Shown: piece by piece, positions 28,621 through 37,312 of the stretch | How positions within the stretch are numbered: position 1 is the stretch's first letter | Layout of the letters: every line of letters starts with the position of its first letter | IMG/VR virus record: IMGVR_UViG_3300035703_000003 | From: a virus | Lineage: Duplodnaviria > Heunggongvirae > Uroviricota > Caudoviricetes | Strand: one strand, 5' to 3' | Length of the DNA: 64,000 nucleotides | Position numbers and translations under genes: made by a program | The notes under the pieces: model-generated | What the model was told of the DNA's origin: nothing | Seen by the model: only the letters and a program-made list of their open reading frames with translations | The model's database searches: none

Positions 28621-29517
28621 TCAAGTTCCCCAGGCATTTCCGAATAAGGTAATGTGGAGTCTTGGGGTAAATCGGTATCCTTTCGCCATAGCAATTTTTG
28701 CAACTTGCTGAACGGTGAGGTTATACCCTTCAGTGCGACCGCCCACGGGCATAAGGTAAACAGGGCATTCAACGCCCGCTGTACGATATTCTGCAACAGC
28801 CTTATCAACTTCCTCCACATCCACGTTATCAGCCACAACAAACTTAAGATAAAGTTCAGTGCCAGCGATATCGTGGTACTGACGAGCAACGCTAGGCTTA
28901 ATAGCATCAGTCCAAGACTCTCCCGAAACGGATAGTTTTGGACTACAACTAAACGTTGTTTTAAATCTTGCACGAGTTCCGAGGTATTCTCTAAACTCAT
29001 CATGCAACCACTGTGTAGTATTTGTTTCAAATGTAACATTTTTTAAGTCTCGCATTTTTGGATGCTCAAACAACTCAATATACAGTCGTTGCCATGCTAG
29101 TAATGGTTCACCGCCCGTCATAATAAGATGAACATCTTGTCCGTTATCTTGTGTCCATTTACCGTTCGGAGTCAAACTAAGCAGATGATCTACTACTTCG
29201 TCGATGGTTTTATCCATGACCAAGTGTCTAAATTCTGGATAGATACTTGCATAAGTATCACAGCCAGAAAACACTAGCGGCAAGTCCTCGAACTTCTCTG
29301 TAGTTTCGTGAACTTTATTTTCGATTAGCTTTTCAACTTCTGGATTATAACGTGTTTTAGGACGACCACGTTCTAGTCCAAAGTTTTGACAACGAAAGTT
29401 ACAACCAAACGTGCGTAAAAACACACTTGGAACACCTACGTATTTACCTTCGCCTTGAATGCTATAAAACGCTTCACTATAGCGTAGTTTTAGTTTGTTT
29501 GTTTCTTCAATGTCCAA
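28621..29517 (-). CDS. queE: 7-carboxy-7-deazaguanine synthase (radical SAM)
   Basis: FYSIQGEG, FLRTFGCNFRC...GCDT, TGGEP, FETN, SPKL, PRLH. Confidence 0.92.
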   Translation of the reverse strand: MDIEETNKLKLRYSEAFYSIQGEGKYVGVPSVFLRTFGCNFRCQNFGLERGRPKTRYNPEVEKLIENKVHETTEKFEDLPLVFSGCDTYASIYPEFRHLVMDKTIDEVVDHLLSLTPNGKWTQDNGQDVHLIMTGGEPLLAWQRLYIELFEHPKMRDLKNVTFETNTTQWLHDEFREYLGTRARFKTTFSCSPKLSVSGESWTDAIKPSVARQYHDIAGTELYLKFVVADNVDVEEVDKAVAEYRTAGVECPVYLMPVGGRTEGYNLTVQQVAKIAMAKGYRFTPRLHITLFGNAWGT

Positions 29518-29678
29518 GACCCGTCTCCATTATCTAGCCACTCGATTACATCGCCTTCATACCATCCCATTTGATTCATAGCTTCGTCTGGAAACTGAAC
29601 AAATAGTTCTTTTGTTTTGCCATTTTCTTGGATTTCAATAATCCATTTAGAATCACTTACTTTTACTGCTTGACTCAT
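29490..29678 (-). CDS. AbrB/MazE-like DNA-binding protein
   Basis: FP......MGW.EGD.IEW. Confidence 0.65.
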   Translation of the reverse strand: MSQAVKVSDSKWIIEIQENGKTKELFVQFPDEAMNQMGWYEGDVIEWLDNGDGSWTLKKQTN

Positions 29679-29898
29679 TATTATTTCCTAGCTTTACGTT
29701 TAATACGAAATTTTCAACTAACATTTTAACAAGACTTGCCTTTAATGTCAAGACATCATCTGGCAGTTCAATAACATGAGCTGCCATCATTCGGTATGCA
29801 TTGCGTTCATCTATATTTAGGTAATCCCAATCTATCGGATCGGATATTTCAGTTTCTTGTGCTAATTCCGCTAACAAATTTATACTGATTGGTTTCAT
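29653..29898 (-). CDS. Hypothetical protein
   Basis: Coupled ORF; DPIDW, LVENFVLN. Confidence 0.6.
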   Translation of the reverse strand: MKPISINLLAELAQETEISDPIDWDYLNIDERNAYRMMAAHVIELPDDVLTLKASLVKMLVENFVLNVKLGNNNESSSKSK

Positions 29899-30458
29899 CT
29901 AGGCTCCCAGTGGTCAATACAGCGTGGCTCATACATACCCATACTACCTACCAAGACACGATCACCTTCTGCATTAATTCTGTATGTTTTAGTAGCGTCT
30001 CTGCCACATGTTGTGCAGCTTGCTACTAGCTTTTGAACACAATCAGCCAATCCCATAAGCTGACTTGTAGTTTCAAACGGAGTTCCTCTACTGTCTTGGT
30101 CTAGTCCTGTTGCAATAACATTTACTCCATTGCTTAACCATAGTTCTACTCTTTTAAGTGTAGGATAAGTTGGCATAAATTGTACCTCATCTAAACATAT
30201 AGTATCGAAGTTATACGGCATGATGTTATATTTAGAATCAACTTCACTGAACTCTGTAAAACTAATACACGGATAGCTTAGTTGATTATGTGTAACAATC
30301 TTTTCTTCAGCGTAACGATTATCTTTTGATGGCTTTAGCACCAATACTTTCTTTTGTTGATGATCTAGCCAAAGAACTCTTTTTAATAGTTGACTAGTTT
30401 TGCCTGCATACATCGGCCCCGCATATACATCTAACGTTCCTCTTTTTACCATTCCCAT
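29895..30458 (-). CDS. tdk: Thymidine kinase
   Basis: GPMYAGKT, DEVQF, GLD.D....PF, CxxC, YEPRC. Confidence 0.95.
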   Translation of the reverse strand: MGMVKRGTLDVYAGPMYAGKTSQLLKRVLWLDHQQKKVLVLKPSKDNRYAEEKIVTHNQLSYPCISFTEFSEVDSKYNIMPYNFDTICLDEVQFMPTYPTLKRVELWLSNGVNVIATGLDQDSRGTPFETTSQLMGLADCVQKLVASCTTCGRDATKTYRINAEGDRVLVGSMGMYEPRCIDHWEPR

Positions 30459-31081
30459 ACATCCATTTCTAGTGATTTGCTTACAGTGTCGCCGCCGTCG
30501 TTGCTTAGTAAGTTATTGTCGTATTCTACATCAAGTAGAATGTTGTCTCCGTTTGGCAAATCATGTGCATAAAATTTAAGTTTACTAATATCAAAATCGT
30601 TTTCTGTTTCAATAACTGAGTTAAAGAATGTTCCTTTTTCGACACTTATTGCATAGAACACAAACGGCGCTCGTTCTTCTAATACATCGTCTAAATCAAG
30701 TTCACGTTGCTCGATAGTTTCTTCGTATTGTTCTGCTAGTTTTTCTAAATGACCTTCATATACATCTTCTACTACAGGTGCATTCCATTCGGCACTTTCT
30801 ACTTCAGTAACTTCGATATATGCACTGTCTGTAGTTGCCCCGTTGTAATGACCATATTCGTCGATCTCAAACCATTCGTAATCGAATCTAGCCATTTTAG
30901 GAATGTTTTCTTCCCATTCCTCTTTGTCTGTCATGTAATATGTTAGTGCATCATCATCTTCGTCGAACCCTGCATCCATCAGATGTTCGGGATCGTTCCA
31001 AAAGTTATATTGCTGCAATGTTGCTTTGCCAAAAACAATTTCGCCGCCAATGCCGCTAATATTAATACGATAAAATTTCAT
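30446..31081 (-). CDS. Acidic hypothetical protein
   Basis: G.GGE.V.G and EKGTF motifs. Confidence 0.65.
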   Translation of the reverse strand: MKFYRINISGIGGEIVFGKATLQQYNFWNDPEHLMDAGFDEDDDALTYYMTDKEEWEENIPKMARFDYEWFEIDEYGHYNGATTDSAYIEVTEVESAEWNAPVVEDVYEGHLEKLAEQYEETIEQRELDLDDVLEERAPFVFYAISVEKGTFFNSVIETENDFDISKLKFYAHDLPNGDNILLDVEYDNNLLSNDGGDTVSKSLEMDVWEW

Positions 31082-31092
31082 TTAAAACTCCG

Positions 31093-31383
31093 TTAGCAAG
31101 TTACTTTTAAAAAGGTCGGGCATTTTGTATCTCCACATACATATCCCATTACGCCGTCTAAATTAATGCCACACTTTGGGCAACTCTGGCGTGTTACTGG
31201 TTGCCAAGGCACTGTGGGTAGTGCAGGATCGAATGGATTTGGGAATGTAGGCACGTATGGCGGAGGTTGGATAGGCTGATTTTGTTTAAGTAAGTATTGA
31301 ATGATCCAGGCAATATCACGCTTAAGATCCTCTACATCAGATTGAATCTGTTCAATTGCTCTATTACGTTCTTCTTTATTCAT
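31093..31383 (-). CDS. Hypothetical protein with C-terminal zinc-ribbon
   Basis: CPKCG...MGYVC....CP. Confidence 0.6.
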   Translation of the reverse strand: MNKEERNRAIEQIQSDVEDLKRDIAWIIQYLLKQNQPIQPPPYVPTFPNPFDPALPTVPWQPVTRQSCPKCGINLDGVMGYVCGDTKCPTFLKVTC

Positions 31384-31609
31384 GTTGATGTTTATGTTGT
31401 GGATTCTCTATAAATCTCCAACAACCCTCTCTTTTAATAATATCGAGATCGTTTCTTAATAATGTGATCTCCATGTCGATGCGTTCGACTGCTTGGTCAA
31501 CACGTTCGGCTGTTTGTGTAAGACGTTCAACTGTCTCTTGCAATGACCATACTTGTTGTTGTAAGTAATCAAAATCCCAACGATCTACTTTATCTTCTGT
31601 ATCACTCAT
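31376..31609 (-). CDS. Coiled-coil hypothetical protein
   Basis: Heptad pattern; coupled ORF. Confidence 0.5.
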   Translation of the reverse strand: MSDTEDKVDRWDFDYLQQQVWSLQETVERLTQTAERVDQAVERIDMEITLLRNDLDIIKREGCWRFIENPQHKHQHE

Positions 31610-31791
31610 TACTGCAATCTACACTTTCGTTATTTTTAAATGTAGATTGCATATCTTGCAGTGCATCTAAACAGGCTTGTTTAGTTGTGAACTCTTTATA
31701 TCTAGTATATTTAACTTCGTTGAATTCCGGAATGAAACTAATAACAAAAAGTGTCCAAATCATTTTTTATATTCCATTTTAATTAAGATTG

Positions 31792-32334
31792 TTAATTTGA
31801 TTCGTAAGGATAAACTAGCCAGATGTTTTCTTCTGCTTTATTGCATTCGTCCCAATAGTAATCGATTTGATCAAAGTCACTTGACCAGTTTTGTGTCATT
31901 ACAGCAAAACGAACGTTTTTGCCCCAGACTGTATTCCAAGATTCTTCATTCGGGAGGCAACTTGAATTCCAGTCTTTTTTAATCCAATTGAACGTAGCAC
32001 CAGTGTCGTTAATGTCGTCTACAATTAGGATCTTTTTTCTAATGTTAGGATCCCATCTACTTTTAAATGTTTCTTGGTCATCGACTAAACCAAATGCATC
32101 ATCTGCCATCCAGCAGTTAGTTTCGCATTCTTCACCTGCAACACCATCTCGTAGTTTTACTTTTAGTGTTTCCATTCTGCAGTTAAGTTTGTGACTCAAC
32201 AATATTGCCAATGGCAAACCGCCACGGGTAATACCTACAATGTAATCTGGCCGCCAGTTGTCTCTATACATTTGAAAAATAATAGAATTTGCTGCACGGT
32301 CAACATCATCCCATGTGTAATATTTCTTTTTCAT
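31792..32334 (-). CDS. Purine phosphoribosyltransferase (Gpt-like, type I PRTase)
   Basis: GITRGGL, LIVDDINDTGAT, WLVYPYE. Confidence 0.88.
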   Translation of the reverse strand: MKKKYYTWDDVDRAANSIIFQMYRDNWRPDYIVGITRGGLPLAILLSHKLNCRMETLKVKLRDGVAGEECETNCWMADDAFGLVDDQETFKSRWDPNIRKKILIVDDINDTGATFNWIKKDWNSSCLPNEESWNTVWGKNVRFAVMTQNWSSDFDQIDYYWDECNKAEENIWLVYPYESN

Positions 32335-32708
32335 TATTTGCCTTTATATGTTTCTTTCATTTTAGCAACAAGTTTAGCACTGTCAATTAAGTTTTTATAT
32401 TCTGTGTATGCATCGAGAACTTCAGGATGCTCTTTCATAAACTTGTCTTCTTCTGCTTCTGCTAGCATCTTTTCATGTGCCCACTGTATAATTTCTGTCA
32501 AACGATAGCTTGTGTCGATGTTAGTAGTTTGAATGTTGTCTACCTTTATCCAACAATTCCCATTCCATACAGCTATGTGGTCATTATTATACCATAGCTG
32601 CCCGACTTGTGCAGTAGAGGGCATTTCTACTCCGCCGTTAATATGAATTTGGTTATCAAATTGCTGTATGAGAATATGTGGACTAAGACTAACTATTTTA
32701 GAGTTCAT
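32334..32708 (-). CDS. Hypothetical protein (C-terminal EHPEVLDAY module)
   Basis: GQLWYN...WNG.W repeat; C-terminus similar to the two upstream genes. Confidence 0.6.
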   Translation of the reverse strand: MNSKIVSLSPHILIQQFDNQIHINGGVEMPSTAQVGQLWYNNDHIAVWNGNCWIKVDNIQTTNIDTSYRLTEIIQWAHEKMLAEAEEDKFMKEHPEVLDAYTEYKNLIDSAKLVAKMKETYKGK

Positions 32709-33184
32709 TGTTTATCGGATCCGTATAGTTTTTCTGCAATCATACGTTCACGATACAGTTCCATGTGTTTAAGATAAGATTCTTTTAGCTCTGGGTACTT
32801 TTCTTCAAGCTCAATGTTACGTGTAACAAGAAGCAGTGTTGCTTGGATGTCTTCTAACGTTTGCTGGTATTTTGTTAGTGGATCGAGTGCCTTACGTTCT
32901 TCGTCAGACGGCTTAACATAACCCTTAGAATTATCAGGGTAATAACTGTTTGCCGGAACAACACCGGCATCAATCCAATTGGCTCGGGCTTTGTCCATAC
33001 CTTCATGATTTATGTGTATATGAGGTCTGTTGTCACTGAACTTGCGTTCGCCACAGTCGCATTTGTAAAAACGCATCTGCCAATAAACTGTTTTTTTAGT
33101 ATCGGTATAGGTTGTGTGATACTCGTCGTTACAAGCAACAAGTTCCCAATCGTGTTCGTGTCGAGGTTTAAAAAGATTAAACAT
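32705..33184 (-). CDS. Hypothetical protein (C-terminal LEEKYPELKE module)
   Basis: Probable start MFNLFK; C-terminus paralogous to 33177..33656. Confidence 0.65.
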   Translation of the reverse strand: MFNLFKPRHEHDWELVACNDEYHTTYTDTKKTVYWQMRFYKCDCGERKFSDNRPHIHINHEGMDKARANWIDAGVVPANSYYPDNSKGYVKPSDEERKALDPLTKYQQTLEDIQATLLLVTRNIELEEKYPELKESYLKHMELYRERMIAEKLYGSDKQ

Positions 33185-33656
33185 TGTCTTTGCCTGTGCT
33201 ATAGAGTTTTTCAGCGATACCAAGCCCACGCTTGATTTCCATGTAGTTGTCGTATGCTTCTTTAAGTTCTGGATACTTTTCTTCTAATTTTTTATCACGG
33301 GTAACAATTAGCAATGTTGCTTTGATTTCATCAAGTTCGTTAATAATATCACGACCATTAACTTCTAGTGCTGTCTTTACTTCGACTTTATTAGTATTAC
33401 CGTTGATATTTAAAATACTGCTACTAGCAGGATTAACGATAGCAGAACTAGAAACTACAGATGACCACTGTTTTTGATAAGTTTTTTGACTTAATTTTTT
33501 ATTCGATGCTGTGAGTGCTTTTTTGTAAATGTCATCAATTTTAGATTGACTTAAATTTGGAATTTTATATTCATACGTATATTCTGGATTAATGTATTTG
33601 TCTGTGTAATCTTCGGGTTCCACTGCAGTATCCTTTTTCTTAAACCATCCAAACAT
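33177..33656 (-). CDS. Hypothetical protein (C-terminal LEEKYPELKE module)
   Basis: ATLLIVTRDKKLEEKYPELKEAY...IAEKLY. Confidence 0.65.
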   Translation of the reverse strand: MFGWFKKKDTAVEPEDYTDKYINPEYTYEYKIPNLSQSKIDDIYKKALTASNKKLSQKTYQKQWSSVVSSSAIVNPASSSILNINGNTNKVEVKTALEVNGRDIINELDEIKATLLIVTRDKKLEEKYPELKEAYDNYMEIKRGLGIAEKLYSTGKDNV

Positions 33657-33682
33657 GTCTGATCCTATAGTTTGATATACTT

Positions 33683-33710
33683 ACTATAACAAAAACGTGT
33701 AACAAGTCAA
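33683..33710 (-). promoter_or_regulatory. Sigma70-type promoter
   Basis: TTGACT-16-TATAGT. Confidence 0.6.
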
Positions 33711-33711
33711 T

Positions 33712-33736
33712 AAAAAAGCGCCAGTTAAGGCGCTTT
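33712..33736 (-). terminator. Rho-independent terminator
   Basis: AAAGCGCC-ttaact-GGCGCTTT followed by a T run on the minus strand, after the folE operon. Confidence 0.75.
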
Positions 33737-33754
33737 GTTATTATGTGTATTAAC

Positions 33755-34051
33755 TTAGTTACCTTGCAACGCTTGCTCAACAACAATGTTTTTAACAGCA
33801 TCTCCGAGGTCTTCGCTATCACTTATTACATATAGCGATGTTCTTGAATTATCAGTTTTGCGATCATATTTGTGATACTGAACAACTCGTCCGCCACGTG
33901 CAGGAAAGACACGTAAAGTGTAACAATCTGCGTCGATATCTTCCATCGAAGAACCCTTACGACCACCTACCGATTGAACAAGAACACCTCCTCGCTCTTC
34001 GTCTCTGGCGTCGTTGACCCATTTAACTATAAGTTTCTTTAAAAATTTCAT
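33755..34051 (-). CDS. Hypothetical phage protein
   Basis: A.GG.VV...YD.KTD....LYVI motif; coupled to folE. Confidence 0.65.
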   Translation of the reverse strand: MKFLKKLIVKWVNDARDEERGGVLVQSVGGRKGSSMEDIDADCYTLRVFPARGGRVVQYHKYDRKTDNSRTSLYVISDSEDLGDAVKNIVVEQALQGN

Positions 34052-34731
34052 TTTGTAAATTCCTGTTGTAGCTTGATATTATCCATAAATTCTTTTTTGG
34101 TGCCCATATCGTCTTTGAATGCCCCTTTAAGCACTGTAGTTTGTGTCAATGAGCTATGTGCCATAATGCCCCTATTCTCACAACATCCATGCGTCGCCTG
34201 TATATAAACACCTACATCTTTACTGCCGGTTGCTTTGCTAATCTCACGAGCAATATCCATTGCAAGTTCTTCTTGTAGTGTGCCACGTCGAGCGCACCAC
34301 TGTGCAATACGTGTATACTTGCTTAGACCAATTAGTGTATCTGCAGCAATAATACCAATATATGCAACACCTTTAACTGGCTGGTGATGATGCGAACACA
34401 TGCTAATGATTTCACTACGAACTACTAACATGCCAGTATATGGTTCGTCTGTGTGATTAGGAAATGCTGTAGCATTTGGCATTGGATAGTAGCGACCAGA
34501 CATAAGTTCTTTAACATACATCTTAGCTAGTCTGCGTCCTGTTTCCATACTGTTAGGATCGTTTTTACGATCAATAACAAGACTGTCGAGGACATCTTCG
34601 AACTTATCAGTTAGTTCGTCAATTAGTTCATCTAGTTCACCCTCTTTGACGAACTTGCTGATATTGTCACCTGCCCAATATCTGCTGCCAGCTTCTTCAA
34701 TACGCTGTTTAATTTTTTTACTTGTTTTCAT
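34048..34731 (-). CDS. folE: GTP cyclohydrolase I
   Basis: SMCSHHHQP, GLSKY.RI, LQEEL, HGCCENRG. Confidence 0.95.
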   Translation of the reverse strand: MKTSKKIKQRIEEAGSRYWAGDNISKFVKEGELDELIDELTDKFEDVLDSLVIDRKNDPNSMETGRRLAKMYVKELMSGRYYPMPNATAFPNHTDEPYTGMLVVRSEIISMCSHHHQPVKGVAYIGIIAADTLIGLSKYTRIAQWCARRGTLQEELAMDIAREISKATGSKDVGVYIQATHGCCENRGIMAHSSLTQTTVLKGAFKDDMGTKKEFMDNIKLQQEFTK

Positions 34732-34765
34732 TTTCTGCTCCTAGTTATAGACGGCGAGACGTCTT

Positions 34766-35860
34766 TTACATATTATCTTTAATAGTATCGTATAATTTAG
34801 CACCACTAAAGAAATTTGTCGATAGTTTTTCGACATTTGTATTTAGGTAATTGTGGTAGTTTTTATGCTTTTCCACATACTTCTTTAGTTGGTCTGCTAC
34901 CTTGTGCTTGTTTGCTTGATAGCTATCCCAATTTTCAGTCCACTCACTAGGATACTTAAACACATCGTCATACATTTCACTGTATGACAAACGATCGGGC
35001 ACCATTGGAATTGCATCGACTAGCATACCTTCATATGCACTAATGCCAAGTGTTTCTTGCAAGTTAGCACTAAACACAACCTTTGCTTCGCCTAGTAGAT
35101 TATGATATTCAATTTTTGTTAGATCACGTTCCTGACAAACAATGAATTCATACTCGGGCAGTAGTGTTGCAAGATCCTTAAAGATGTCTAGTTGCTTTTC
35201 AGGAGCAAGCCTGTGAGGAAATAGAACGATATCCTTCTTTTCCATGTTCTTATACGGAGTAAGTGTTGCTTCCATATATTCCATTGGCCAGCCTACGACT
35301 TTGACATTGTCTTGCTGTAGGAACCATTCAACTGGGGTCATACCAAACATGCTTTTAAATTGCAGCAAGTTTTCTGCAAAGATTTTAGCATGGAATTCTG
35401 TAGCAAAGAAGTTGTCATCATATGTAAAGAACATACTTTTCTCTGCATGACGAACCCAAGGTTTATCGCCAACAAGACGTCCTAGGAAATCTGCGGGATC
35501 ATAAGAGCCGGCATGCCATAGACCGCCAATCTTAATCTTTACTCCTAGCAGTTCTGCCATGTAACGTAGTTGAATAACGGTAGGGTTCCAAGCATCTGTG
35601 TAAAGGAAGTAGTCTCCGTCCTTTACTGTGCCTTTGCAAAACATTTCACCGATCTGCATAAGCTGATTTGATTTGTAAACGTTAGTGCCACCAAAGTTAA
35701 GGAAAGCCCCAGGCGTTGTAGCCTGAGGCGTTTCCCCACCGGAGATTACCACAACATCAGTGTCGGGTAAATGGTTCTTTAGTTGCACCGGTAGATGCGA
35801 CTTCCACTGTTTAGTGTAACGTGTATCTACTGCTTCGATGTCAACGATAAAGATTGTCAT
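34766..35860 (-). CDS. GT-B glycosyltransferase
   Basis: WHAGSYD, FPHRLAPEK, QETLGIS.YEG (ExFG-like), PDRLSYSE. Confidence 0.8.
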   Translation of the reverse strand: MTIFIVDIEAVDTRYTKQWKSHLPVQLKNHLPDTDVVVISGGETPQATTPGAFLNFGGTNVYKSNQLMQIGEMFCKGTVKDGDYFLYTDAWNPTVIQLRYMAELLGVKIKIGGLWHAGSYDPADFLGRLVGDKPWVRHAEKSMFFTYDDNFFATEFHAKIFAENLLQFKSMFGMTPVEWFLQQDNVKVVGWPMEYMEATLTPYKNMEKKDIVLFPHRLAPEKQLDIFKDLATLLPEYEFIVCQERDLTKIEYHNLLGEAKVVFSANLQETLGISAYEGMLVDAIPMVPDRLSYSEMYDDVFKYPSEWTENWDSYQANKHKVADQLKKYVEKHKNYHNYLNTNVEKLSTNFFSGAKLYDTIKDNM

Positions 35861-36192
35861 ACTGCTTTATTCACCCATGGTGCTTGAAACACACCGACGT
35901 GAATTTTTAGCTTTTTAGCACTGCGGTCTGCAGCCATTTTAACTGCGACATCATATGTAATTGCAGTGTCACGGATAGTGCTAAGAATAGTGTAGTCTTG
36001 AATTTTATCTTCGATTTGCAAATCCTTTAGATAAGCACTAAACAGATTGCGAATTTTGCTTTCGCTAGTAGGCTTCTGATCAAGAATACCATCATATGGT
36101 TCGATGATCTTAATAAGATCATACTTGATGTCGTTAATGCTTACACGGGTTTGGTCGAATTTATTCATAGCTGCACGATGCTCCATTTTCAT
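35857..36192 (-). CDS. Hypothetical protein
   Basis: Coupled ORF between the DpdL-like and glycosyltransferase genes; start uncertain. Confidence 0.55.
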   Translation of the reverse strand: MKMEHRAAMNKFDQTRVSINDIKYDLIKIIEPYDGILDQKPTSESKIRNLFSAYLKDLQIEDKIQDYTILSTIRDTAITYDVAVKMAADRSAKKLKIHVGVFQAPWVNKAV

Positions 36193-36538
36193 TGTCTTCA
36201 CTTACTTTGATGTTGAGTTTACGGTTAGGATATTTAGAGTTGATAATTTCTGCGAGTTCATCACAAATCATTTCGCAGGACTTGTAATCGAGTTGCAAAG
36301 TTCCGTTTGCATAGAGACTTTCCAGCCATCTCTTGAATTGGATAAATTCAATGTCTCGATCGTTGTGGAACACTTCAATTTCAATTTTGAAGTGGAAAAT
36401 ATGACGATGTGGATAGCCTAAAAAGCTAACGTCATATTCGTCACCAGTAGCCAGACCAGGATCTGTTAGTGCTGCTGGATATTTGTGGATACCTTCTTTC
36501 TGAAAGGTAACCCAAATGCTGTTTGCAGTTTTGTTCAT
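36161..36538 (-). CDS. dpdL: QueD-like T-fold protein with DpdL-type motif (putative 7-carboxy-7-deazaguanine decarboxylase)
   Basis: LGYPHRHIF (LxxxHRHxF) replaces the QueD CxxxHGH motif; SCE and VSED T-fold motifs. Confidence 0.7.
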   Translation of the reverse strand: MNKTANSIWVTFQKEGIHKYPAALTDPGLATGDEYDVSFLGYPHRHIFHFKIEIEVFHNDRDIEFIQFKRWLESLYANGTLQLDYKSCEMICDELAEIINSKYPNRKLNIKVSEDNENGASCSYE

Positions 36539-36539
36539 A

Positions 36540-36716
36540 TTACTCGTCGTCGTCGGATTCTGTAACTACAGAAAGTTTCTTTTCTAGGCGCTGCATAGTT
36601 TGTAGCAGTTCCCACATTTTCCAGTCCATTGCTTTTGCAAGTTCTAGAATTGTTTTGTTGAAGTCTTCTGGCACGTGCTCTTCGACTTCATCAATTACTC
36701 GAATCTTTTTAACCAT
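36540..36716 (-). CDS. Small hypothetical protein (58 aa, not in track)
   Basis: Hand translation MVKKIRVIDE...MDWKMWE...; GGAG RBS. Confidence 0.55.
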   Translation of the reverse strand: MVKKIRVIDEVEEHVPEDFNKTILELAKAMDWKMWELLQTMQRLEKKLSVVTESDDDE

Positions 36717-36891
36717 TGTGTTCTCCGGTGATGTTTTGTTCGATTTTCGTTAGTTCTTGTTTAACTTGTAGTTTCTGTTTTTTCAACACAGTAATTTCAT
36801 TGTCTGTATTGTTATGTTTATACAACTCGTTAATACGATTGTCAAGTTCTTTATGTTTAGTTTGTAGGCTTTTTATTCGATCTTGGAGCAT
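36709..36891 (-). CDS. YdcH/DUF465-like protein
   Basis: L..KH.ELD..I...LKKQKL..K.EL. Confidence 0.7.
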   Translation of the reverse strand: MLQDRIKSLQTKHKELDNRINELYKHNNTDNEITVLKKQKLQVKQELTKIEQNITGEHNG

Positions 36892-37312
36892 TTTCTACCC
36901 TTTCTCTCAAATCAGATGTGCTAAATCTGTGGTCACGCTTGTTAAAATACAAGTCGATGCCACGCTTGTTACAAATGTCCTTGCCAGTAAAATCTTTGTC
37001 TTTGTATTCTTCTCCTAGAATTCGGATATCGATTTCATACATATTTAGAATGTCTTTGAGATCTTGTTCTGTTTGATACGGAATAATTTCGTCAACATAC
37101 TTTACAGCCGCAAGTTGTGCATAACGTTCAACTAGTGTTTGTACAGGCTTATTTTTAGTATCTGCCCTGTCTAGAGTAGGGTCTGTTTGAATGCCAGCGA
37201 TAAGATAATCGCAGTGGTTTTTAGCTTCACGCAACATTGCCACATGACCTGCATGAAGCAAATCAAATGTGCTAAATGTAATACCAACTATTCTTTGACT
37301 TCTTTTTTTCAT
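36857..37312 (-). CDS. Cytidylyltransferase (TagD/glycerol-3-phosphate CTase-like)
   Basis: TFDLLHAGH, YVDEII, R.H.FSTS. Confidence 0.88.
   Translation of the reverse strand: MKKRSQRIVGITFSTFDLLHAGHVAMLREAKNHCDYLIAGIQTDPTLDRADTKNKPVQTLVERYAQLAAVKYVDEIIPYQTEQDLKDILNMYEIDIRILGEEYKDKDFTGKDICNKRGIDLYFNKRDHRFSTSDLRERVENAPRSNKKPTN

Noticed and set aside
28551-29039. 162 aa alternative-frame ORF overlapping queE
   Set aside because: It is mostly an off-frame overlap. At most the last ~28 codons could be a real small gene.
36161-36538. Canonical QueD
   Set aside because: It lacks the CxxxHGH motif and has LxxxHRHxF instead.
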